Shown piece by piece: positions 55,635-62,896 of a stretch of 62,896 bases of DNA. The stretch is from positions 1 to 62,896 of IMG/VR virus record IMGVR_UViG_3300020732_000013. The stretch is one strand, 5' to 3'. The notes beneath the pieces were generated by a model. That model made no database searches, was not told the DNA's origin, and saw only the letters and a list, made by a program, of their open reading frames with translations. Positions within the stretch are counted from its first letter, which is position 1. Every line of letters begins with the position of its first letter. Made by a program: the position numbers and the translations under genes. Source of the stretch: a virus (Duplodnaviria > Caudoviricetes).

Positions 55635-56452
55635 GCCTTAATTTGTATCCCCCTTCGGTGGGCAGTTCGGAATCGACCATTGCCGCGCCGTGGTACATGC
55701 AGGTGGCGCGTGGGCTTGTCCCCGGTGCGTCAGTCGTTAACGTGTATGGGTATCAAAACTCATTCCCCGGTAGCACTGCGTCTAGTGGCGCGTTTTCTAC
55801 GGTATGGGAACTTAACACTAACGCTTCCTTCACACCGTATGCGTATCCCTCATCGGCAATACAGATGCTGCTTTACAGTACAACACCGGGAACCCCTGCG
55901 TCGGATATTAATGTTTCTGTTCTAATCAATGGATTGGATGCAAGTTACAACCCGATATCTGAGACCCTTACGCTGACCAATGGCGCAACGGGCGTTACTA
56001 CGGTCAACTCGTATCTACGAATTAACAGTATTCAAACCGTTGGATCGGTTAATGCTCTCGGTACTCTATATTTGAGCAATTCGGGCAAGACTGTTACGTA
56101 TGCAGTAATTGCGTTAACTGGGGGCGTATCTAACGGCAAAAGTCAGATGATGATCTACACCGTGCCGAACGGGTACACGTTTTATCTGACGCGCTCTAAT
56201 GCGTACTCAAGCCTCAATGGCAACACGGCGGGTAACTACTCGTACTACCGTGTGTACACGCAATCCAATACAGGCGTAATTCAAACGCTTCTTCAGGCCC
56301 CATTTACAAACGAATACGGAACCCTTCGCGTTGCGCCACGCCCATACACGCAGAAGACTGATATTCAATGGCAAGTAGCAGCGGCCCCCACATCTGCTTC
56401 CGCCGTCGGCATTGGTGTCGAAGGCATCCTCATTTCTAATACGGCGGTGTAA
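55631..56452 (+). CDS. Conserved virion structural protein
   Basis: QVARGLVPG, INGLDASYN.ISET, YTVPNGYT and QKTDIQ. Confidence 0.65.
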   Translation: MSLNLYPPSVGSSESTIAAPWYMQVARGLVPGASVVNVYGYQNSFPGSTASSGAFSTVWELNTNASFTPYAYPSSAIQMLLYSTTPGTPASDINVSVLINGLDASYNPISETLTLTNGATGVTTVNSYLRINSIQTVGSVNALGTLYLSNSGKTVTYAVIALTGGVSNGKSQMMIYTVPNGYTFYLTRSNAYSSLNGNTAGNYSYYRVYTQSNTGVIQTLLQAPFTNEYGTLRVAPRPYTQKTDIQWQVAAAPTSASAVGIGVEGILISNTAV

Positions 56453-56454
56453 CC

Positions 56455-58533
56455 ATGCTTAGACCACTCGCTCATCATCCACACATAGCAGCAGCGGGTC
56501 TCTCCTCGCTCGGTCGTGGTGATGACAAAATGCTCGTCCACATGACCCCGCACGAGGTCGGTGGGCTTCGTCAATTGGCTATGGCAGCGGGTGGTGATCT
56601 ATCGATCAACCCCGCCACGGGCCTTTACGAAGCGGGGTTCTTGTCCTCGCTCTTGCCCATGATCGCGGGTGGGCTTCTGTCAATGACGGGTATTGGTGCG
56701 CCTTTGGGTGCTGCCATCGTCGGCGCAGGTGATGCAGCAATCACTGGTAGTTGGAAAAAAGGTCTCATGGCGGGTATCGGCGCGTACGGCGGTGCGAGCC
56801 TTGCCTCGGGCCTTGGTGCTGCGGGTTCTGTGGCTAATTCTTCGGCGGATGCTGTAAGCGCAGCCAATGCAGCCGCGCCTAGCGCAACACAAGGCATCAC
56901 TGACGCTGCGGGAATAACGCAGACCGCCTCCGCTGCCCCCGCCGTCGGAACTGTCTCTGCGGGTAATGGAATTGCAAGTCTTACTCCGCCTGTTTCGGCT
57001 GCTCCGCCTGTCCCTACTACGCCGTCGTTCCCGGGATTCCCCAGTCAAATGACGCAAGCGTATTCAAATTCCGTTGCGGCAGGGACACTTCCGCCTACAG
57101 GGTCGCCGTCGATTCCCTCGTCACTCGCGGCTCCGGCCCCGACTCCGCCTCCGCCTGTAACTCCCACTGCTGCTCCGACGCCTACGGGGGCACCACCTCC
57201 GGCAACGATGGATCAACTCAACGCGGCGCAGAAGGCAACGCTGAAGGCTCTGCCTGTGGATCAGCAAGGCGCGTATCTCCAGAACTTGGGGGTGCGGAAT
57301 GCTATGCAGGGTGCATCGGCCTCGGGAGTATGGAACCCAACGTTCGGTCAAGCGGCTTCGAATATGAAGGCAGGTCTTGGCACCCTGAACACCATGCAGG
57401 GATGGGGCAATCTCGGTTCGACGATGGGCACGACGGGCATGGCGGCTACGGCTCTGCCTATTGCGCAGACGCTCTCGCAGTTCAATCAATCTACGGGTGT
57501 ACCGACAAACGCTCAGACGCCGGTCGAGTATTACAACACCGTCTATGATCCTCGTACACAGACGTACTCGCGAGGCAATTGGACGACGCAGTTTGCGGGT
57601 AACGGTTACACGGGCGCGCCGGGACAAGGGCAAGTGGCTAACACCAAAGGCCCCTTGGGATCATACGTTGATCCTTACACTGGCCTGACGGCGGTCAAAG
57701 AAGGTGGGCCGATCAAGCACATGGCCTCGGGTGGACAAACGAGTAGTAACCTTCAGGACTACTACAAGAGCCTGATGAGCGGAAATACTTCTGTCTCACC
57801 GTTGCAGTCGGTCAACCCTAGTGCCAACAACGCTTTCATGGCGAATCTTGCTCAGGGAACTGCGCCTACCACTCCAATCGGTGGCGCGGGCATGCAGTTC
57901 TTGACCAATCAGCAACCGCAGTCGGCGACCAATCCTTACGGTTATACGGCTCCTCCGCCGGGAGCGACGGGAGCGACGGGAGCGACGGGAGCGACGGGTA
58001 CTGCGGCTACAAGTACTGGCACGGGGGCGACGATGCCCGCAGGGCTGCGCAGTCTTATGGGGGGGATGTTCGGGGGCAATATCGCACCCGATGCCTCTCA
58101 GATGGCGGCAATTCCTACGTATACGTGGAACCCCGCTACGCAGTCGTTTACTCAGACGAGTTCCGGTTATGCCGGACAAGGCGACGGTGGCGGCAAAGCG
58201 GCTGGCGGCGGTATTGCGTCATTGAATACTTTCTCAGGTGGTGGTACACCGGGGCTGGGTTCGTATTCGGATGGCGGTCGCGCGCTCAAGGGTCCGGGGG
58301 ATGGCATGTCCGATTCTATCCCGGCGCATATTATTGGGAATAAGCCCCAACCCGCTGCCCTCGCCGATGGGGAGTTCGTCATCCCGGCGGACGTGGTCTC
58401 TCACCTCGGCAACGGTTCGACGGATGCGGGGTCGCGCGTCCTCTATAAGATGATGGACAAGGTACGTCAGGCTCGCACGGGTAACCCGGAGCAGGGCAAG
58501 CAGATCAATCCCAACAAATTTATTCCGGCTTAG
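56455..58533 (+). CDS. Internal virion/ejection protein with a tape-measure-type GPG..SDSI..GEFV domain
   Basis: N-terminal GRGDDKMLVHMTPHE..INPATGL.E; TM-like segment; C-terminal KGPGDGMSDSIPA..LADGEFVIPADVV. Confidence 0.65.
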   Translation: MLRPLAHHPHIAAAGLSSLGRGDDKMLVHMTPHEVGGLRQLAMAAGGDLSINPATGLYEAGFLSSLLPMIAGGLLSMTGIGAPLGAAIVGAGDAAITGSWKKGLMAGIGAYGGASLASGLGAAGSVANSSADAVSAANAAAPSATQGITDAAGITQTASAAPAVGTVSAGNGIASLTPPVSAAPPVPTTPSFPGFPSQMTQAYSNSVAAGTLPPTGSPSIPSSLAAPAPTPPPPVTPTAAPTPTGAPPPATMDQLNAAQKATLKALPVDQQGAYLQNLGVRNAMQGASASGVWNPTFGQAASNMKAGLGTLNTMQGWGNLGSTMGTTGMAATALPIAQTLSQFNQSTGVPTNAQTPVEYYNTVYDPRTQTYSRGNWTTQFAGNGYTGAPGQGQVANTKGPLGSYVDPYTGLTAVKEGGPIKHMASGGQTSSNLQDYYKSLMSGNTSVSPLQSVNPSANNAFMANLAQGTAPTTPIGGAGMQFLTNQQPQSATNPYGYTAPPPGATGATGATGATGTAATSTGTGATMPAGLRSLMGGMFGGNIAPDASQMAAIPTYTWNPATQSFTQTSSGYAGQGDGGGKAAGGGIASLNTFSGGGTPGLGSYSDGGRALKGPGDGMSDSIPAHIIGNKPQPAALADGEFVIPADVVSHLGNGSTDAGSRVLYKMMDKVRQARTGNPEQGKQINPNKFIPA
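57961..57996 (+). repeat. 9-bp tandem repeat (GGAGCGACG)x4 encoding (GAT)4
   Basis: Directly visible in the sequence. Confidence 0.9.
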
Positions 58534-58542
58534 GAGAAGAAC

Positions 58543-59136
58543 ATGAGTCAAGGTGGGGTGATGCCTACGGGCATGCAGAATCAGACCGCATCATTGAAAC
58601 CCCCTACCCCGCCGACTCCCGGCATGGGTAATCAGATGGGTGGCTTTGGTGGGCAAGCAATGAGCGGGACGCCGGGGGGTTTTGGTATGCCTTCGGGTGG
58701 CTTTGGTGGTACGGCGGGTAAACCGTCGGCTCCCGGCGGTCAGACAATGCCGATGCAGGGCGGACAGTTGGGGCAGAATTTCCCAACGCAGCAAGGGCAG
58801 TTTTTGCAGAACATAGCGCAAGGTACGGCGCAGTCTGCCTTTGGCGGGAATCAGATGCAGCAGCAAGCCATCCAAGGTATACAACCGATGCAGAATCTTG
58901 GCGGCATGTTTGGCGCGATGTCTCCGTCAACCGGAACATCGCAGTCTGCCTTTGGCGGGAATCAGATGTTGCAGCCGATGCAGCAAGCCGCCTTGCAAAA
59001 TAACTTAACTCAGCGAAATCAGCCGTACCAGAATTTTGGTGTGATACCTTCCGCAGGTCTTGCCTCCCTCACTCCGCAGCAACCTCAGATGTCCGGCTTG
59101 CAGCACTACGGCCCGCAGGGTCGGGGTCATCAGTAA
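58543..59136 (+). CDS. Gln/Gly/Met-rich low-complexity protein
   Basis: AGGAG RBS; 29-bp internal duplicate at 58829-58857 and 58940-58968. Confidence 0.6.
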   Translation: MSQGGVMPTGMQNQTASLKPPTPPTPGMGNQMGGFGGQAMSGTPGGFGMPSGGFGGTAGKPSAPGGQTMPMQGGQLGQNFPTQQGQFLQNIAQGTAQSAFGGNQMQQQAIQGIQPMQNLGGMFGAMSPSTGTSQSAFGGNQMLQPMQQAALQNNLTQRNQPYQNFGVIPSAGLASLTPQQPQMSGLQHYGPQGRGHQ

Positions 59137-59564
59137 TGGTGCTGACCGTCACCTATATACCGTATGGGCAACTTAGTTACGTGTTGCCCAAGGTTATCCA
59201 CAACCTGAAAAAGTCAGAGTTGTGGACGCGGGGACGGGCGTCGGTCGATGACATAGTAAGGTTCTTGTACACACAGCATATGCAGTTGTGGGCGGTGCAC
59301 GATCCTGAAACGGAAGACGTTTGGGGCTACGTCATCACAGAGATTAAGCAGTATCCCTTGTGCAAGATGTTGGTGTTCCAATACAGCGCGGGTGATGAGG
59401 GAGTGCTTAATCTCTCTGGTGATTTGGTGTTTGAAGAGTTGGAGAAGTTCGCAAAGAGCGAAAACTGTCAGGGGATTGAATTCTTCGGACGCCCCGGTTG
59501 GCGTAATCATGCTCGTAAGCATGGTTGCACATCACAGACTGTAGTCTATGAGAAGTTCTTCTGA
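59136..59564 (+). CDS. GNAT-fold-like protein (positional analogue of T7 gp13)
   Basis: QLW, ITEIKQYP and FAK..NC.GIE.FGRPGW. Confidence 0.55.
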   Translation: MVLTVTYIPYGQLSYVLPKVIHNLKKSELWTRGRASVDDIVRFLYTQHMQLWAVHDPETEDVWGYVITEIKQYPLCKMLVFQYSAGDEGVLNLSGDLVFEELEKFAKSENCQGIEFFGRPGWRNHARKHGCTSQTVVYEKFF

Positions 59565-59932
59565 TGACAACTCACATACAATTGATTCAACTCGGCGGCT
59601 TAGAGGGACTCCTTTATGCCTTCGATAAACGTGGTGAGGGCCTCATGATGCATACGCATGAGGCTGATACCGCGCACGATATTTTGGTCATGAAAGGTAC
59701 CGTTAGAGTTTCAGGAACCGCTCCTACAGAGATACTTGTAGAAGGCGATCACTTGAATCTTCATTGGTACCTTGATCACGAAGTTTTGGCCCTTGAAGAT
59801 GACACGGTCATCTTCAATCGGTTTCTGAACGGCATACCTGCGCCGTTCCGTAACCTGCCTTTGGATCGACGTGTGGGTAGCGTGGAAGACACGCTGCATC
59901 GCTCGATCCCTTACCACACAGTTTTGAGGTGA
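59564..59932 (+). CDS. Cupin-fold protein
   Basis: MHTH....H..LVMKG and HEVLALEDDTV. Confidence 0.7.
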   Translation: MTTHIQLIQLGGLEGLLYAFDKRGEGLMMHTHEADTAHDILVMKGTVRVSGTAPTEILVEGDHLNLHWYLDHEVLALEDDTVIFNRFLNGIPAPFRNLPLDRRVGSVEDTLHRSIPYHTVLR

Positions 59933-59935
59933 CCT

Positions 59936-60862
59936 ATGTGCGGCGGCGGTAGTCAGAGTTCACAACCGGTACAGTCGACTTCCTATACCACTAATTTACC
60001 GTCTTACCTTCAGGGGCCGGTAGAGCAGTTGGCAGGGCAATCGCTTGCGTTGACTAATACAGCGACTAACCCATACCAATCTTACATTGGCAATGCGGCT
60101 GCGGGCGGTCAGGGCATTCAAGGCACGACAGTTGCCGGAATGACCCCGATGCAGATACAGGCCATGCAGAATGCGCAGCAGATGAATGTCTCGCCGCAGA
60201 CAAGTCAAGCGACGGGCATGGCGGGTATGGTGGGGTCGATGGCAACCGATCCGTCGCAGTACGGCGCGGCCCTTCAGAATTACATGTCACCTTACACGCA
60301 GAACGTTATCAATCAGCAGCAAAACGCTGCGGTTGCCGACTATGCGCGGAGTCTTCCGCAGTTGGGTGCCAATGCGGCTCGTATGGGGCAGTTGGGTAGC
60401 GACCGCGACGCCCTTGTGCAGTCTGAAGCCAACCGCAACTTGCAGTCGCAATTGCAGGGCATCACGGCATCTGGTCTACAGAACGCGTATCAGAATGCGC
60501 AGAGTACGTTGCAGGGTCAACAGCAGATGGGCCTTGGTGCAGCGCAGCAGTTGGGGACGTTGGGTCAGAACGACTACGCACAAGCGATGGGTATCTTGCA
60601 AGCGCAGAACGCGCTCGGTACTCAACAGCAGCAGTTATCGCAGAACGTTAACAACGCGCTCAATCAGAACTTCCAGAACGCGATCAATTACCCGTATGCG
60701 CAACAGGCGTTCTTGTCGGGCATCTTGCACGGCACATCCCCGGGCGCGTTGGGTTCGCAGCAGTCCAGTTCGACCTACACTCAGGCTCCTAGCATGGGGC
60801 AGCAGGTGGTCGGCGGTGCAACATCTATGGCAGGTCTCGCTGGCTTGTTTGGAGCAGCCTAA
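59936..60862 (+). CDS. Gln-rich pilot/ejection protein
   Basis: MCGGG start; YMSPY..NV and NYPY.Q; hydrophobic C-terminus. Confidence 0.65.
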   Translation: MCGGGSQSSQPVQSTSYTTNLPSYLQGPVEQLAGQSLALTNTATNPYQSYIGNAAAGGQGIQGTTVAGMTPMQIQAMQNAQQMNVSPQTSQATGMAGMVGSMATDPSQYGAALQNYMSPYTQNVINQQQNAAVADYARSLPQLGANAARMGQLGSDRDALVQSEANRNLQSQLQGITASGLQNAYQNAQSTLQGQQQMGLGAAQQLGTLGQNDYAQAMGILQAQNALGTQQQQLSQNVNNALNQNFQNAINYPYAQQAFLSGILHGTSPGALGSQQSSSTYTQAPSMGQQVVGGATSMAGLAGLFGAA

Positions 60863-62499
60863 TGAGTATTCAGGATCTCGCGCTTAATCCGACTGTGGGT
60901 CAGGCGGCTAGCAAAGCCCCGCTTAAGAATATGACCCGCGCCCAAGCGATTCAGTATTGCTTGGACAACAAACTGCCTATGGCGCTTGCCGTAGGCGTCG
61001 GCGACAACATTGCGCTTCAGAAAGAAAAGGCGCAGATGGCAGCGGCTCAACAGCCGCAGAAACCGCCCGTCATTCAGGCTATTCATCAGCAAGCGGAAAT
61101 GGCGATGCAGCAGCACGCTGCGGATCAGGCACGTCAGGGTGGTATCGCTGATCTGCCTGTTGATCCGGGTATGTACTCGTTCAACAAGCCGGGAATGAAG
61201 AAGGGTGGCATCGTAGCGTTTGATGGCGAAGATGAGTCTTACGTAAACTCTTCTAATACGCCTGATTCCGGTTCAACGTTGTCGAAACTCGGGCAGATGT
61301 TTAACCCTGTCGCTCCCGCCGCTGCGGATACGCGCCCTGCAACTCCTACCCCGACTCCGGCTGCGGTTAAACCTGCGGAACCTGTGGCGGACTTTATGAT
61401 CGCCGAAGCAAAGCGTGGCCCGTCGGACGAAGATAAGAAACTCACAACACCAAAGCCCACCACCAAGCGCGGCGCAATCACCGACGTGGCGCATGCTATT
61501 GCTCCCGATGCGGCTCCGTTGGCGTTTAATACGTCCGAATCTGCTCAGTTTACGCTCCCTAAAGACTCGCCGCCTTGGTTGGTATCGTTGTATAACGACC
61601 ATCAAAATTTGTCTCGGGATTTGGCCAAGAGAGCCGAAGCGTATGATCCGGGTAATATCAATGACTTCGTCGCCAAAATGTCCGATGTGAACAACCCGCG
61701 CAATGCCGATACAAAAGAGTTCCTTGAGAATCTTTCTACGCAATCTGCTGATGCTCTCAAACGCAAAGATCAAGCCAAGTGGATGGCGCTGATTAACTTC
61801 GGTCACGGCGTCGCTAATGCAAATCCTCACGCAGGGTTCTTAGCGGCAGTCACGTCGGGTGGGCAACAGGCCGGGGCGCAGTACACGAAAGATCTCGCTG
61901 ACGTTCGCGCTGCGCAGAATGATGTGACTAAGAACAAATACATGGCGCAGCAGCATCTTCAAGATGGTGCGATCAATGCTTATGAGAAACAAGCCGCCAA
62001 GTTTGAGATGCTGAATGACCGCAAGTATCAGGCGGATACCAAGTTCCAAGATACGATGGGTCAGGTTCTTGGCGGCCTTGCCCATGCCAAAATTATGGCG
62101 ACGCAGAAGGCATATTTTGAACCGGTTGAGTCGCAGCAGTGGCGCGCGCTCAAACAAGCGCATCCGGATTGGACGCCGGAGCAGATGATTACGGCTATGC
62201 CGAAGGGCTTTGCGGCTACGACAAGTGCCGGGGCGCGCGCTACCGCTGCGGAAGTGGCTGCGGCATCGGCAGCGCTTAAAAATATCACTGATCCCGGTAG
62301 AGATAACCGGGCGCTTCCTAATGATCCGGGGCATGCTCAATGGCAGCAAGAGGTTGATCATTGGACTTCTATCATCCAACAAGGGGGCGGTGCTAGTGCA
62401 GCACCTCCATCGCCGCAGTATCAAGAAGGACAGACGGCTACAAATCCAAGTACCGGCAAGGCAATGATTTTCCATAATGGTCAGTGGGTCGCGAAATAA
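60862..62499 (+). CDS. Ejection/internal virion protein
   Basis: MKKGGIVAF motif; helical middle; C-terminal GQTATNP.TG......NGQW. Confidence 0.6.
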   Translation: MSIQDLALNPTVGQAASKAPLKNMTRAQAIQYCLDNKLPMALAVGVGDNIALQKEKAQMAAAQQPQKPPVIQAIHQQAEMAMQQHAADQARQGGIADLPVDPGMYSFNKPGMKKGGIVAFDGEDESYVNSSNTPDSGSTLSKLGQMFNPVAPAAADTRPATPTPTPAAVKPAEPVADFMIAEAKRGPSDEDKKLTTPKPTTKRGAITDVAHAIAPDAAPLAFNTSESAQFTLPKDSPPWLVSLYNDHQNLSRDLAKRAEAYDPGNINDFVAKMSDVNNPRNADTKEFLENLSTQSADALKRKDQAKWMALINFGHGVANANPHAGFLAAVTSGGQQAGAQYTKDLADVRAAQNDVTKNKYMAQQHLQDGAINAYEKQAAKFEMLNDRKYQADTKFQDTMGQVLGGLAHAKIMATQKAYFEPVESQQWRALKQAHPDWTPEQMITAMPKGFAATTSAGARATAAEVAAASAALKNITDPGRDNRALPNDPGHAQWQQEVDHWTSIIQQGGGASAAPPSPQYQEGQTATNPSTGKAMIFHNGQWVAK

Positions 62500-62508
62500 G
62501 GAACCCTC

Positions 62509-62896
62509 ATGCCTAATGAACTTCCTGAAGGGTTTGTTTTAGACGCACCCTCGCCTAAATCTAATGCGCTTCCAGAAGGGTTCCAATTGGACCCGCCCGC
62601 AAAACCCAAACCCGTCGCAGGGTTCTGGAGTTCTTTTGGGCATGAAGCCGCAACGTCTTTGGATCTGCCTAAAGCCCTTGATTACGCCGCTACGCAAGAC
62701 AGTCCTTATTTCACGCAGGAAGAAAAAGACAAGATCCGCAGAAAGTTTCTTGCTGCGCGTGAACCGAACGAACGACAGTTAAACTGGAAAGATGTACATG
62801 GCGTAGGAGACTTTTTAACGTACGGTGCAGAAGCGGCTGGTAATTTGGCTGGCTACGTTGCCGCCCCAATGGCTATTGGCGCAATGTCGGGTCCGG
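62509..62896 (+). CDS. N-terminal 129 aa of the giant polyvalent protein (3'-truncated by the window end)
   Basis: AAGGA RBS; MPNELPEGFVLD..LPEGFQLD; frame is open to the last base. Confidence 0.75.
   Translation, partial: MPNELPEGFVLDAPSPKSNALPEGFQLDPPAKPKPVAGFWSSFGHEAATSLDLPKALDYAATQDSPYFTQEEKDKIRRKFLAAREPNERQLNWKDVHGVGDFLTYGAEAAGNLAGYVAAPMAIGAMSGP

Larger units (their letters stand above)
1..62896. mobile_element. Tailed dsDNA bacteriophage genome (podovirus-like), apparently near-complete and circularly permuted
   Basis: TerS/TerL, portal, scaffold, capsid, tail nozzle, endolysin and ejection genes are on +; replication genes are on -. The ORF at the right end plausibly continues into the frame that is open at the left end. 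No host housekeeping genes. Confidence 0.95.

Noticed and set aside
57961-57996. (GAT)4 as a collagen domain
   Set aside because: Only about five Gly-X-Y triplets with identical codons; more likely slippage in a linker.

Overview
This window is an apparently near-complete (~62.9 kb), circularly permuted genome of a tailed, podovirus-type dsDNA phage. I found no integrase, CRISPR array, tRNA or reverse transcriptase. The minus-strand arm (~6.1-26.2 kb) holds early and replication genes: an AEP primase-DUF927 helicase, an HTH protein, a putative SSB, a SNF2 helicase, HNH, PD-(D/E)XK and VRR-NUC nucleases, a family A DNA polymerase, and a MoxR AAA+/vWA-metallopeptidase operon. The plus-strand arm (~26.7 kb to the end, wrapping to 6.1 kb) holds terminases, portal, GroES, scaffold, Mu-gpT-like major capsid, head/tail proteins, a lysis cassette, ejection proteins and a ~2,100-aa polyvalent protein split by the window edge. 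Most notable observations: (1) a cassette encoding a 905-aa protein with ~13 Trp/Asp/Glu-rich repeats next to a small gene that looks highly expressed, suggesting a ruler-plus-subunit appendage; (2) a short hydrophobic-x-x-G-G-x-hydrophobic tag shared by six otherwise unrelated virion proteins, alongside a tape-measure-type GPG..SDSI..GEFV domain; (3) a candidate origin with seven CGGGAACA iterons and two opposite-strand cGNAg hairpins; (4) a duplicated promoter-leader module and a four-copy palindrome; (5) a pseudoknot-capable element after the capsid gene; (6) a 42%-His peptide; (7) an overprinted lipoprotein gene in the lysis cassette; (8) apparent genome-wide avoidance of AGCT and CCWGG. 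All calls come from reading motifs by eye; no database searches or computed counts were run.
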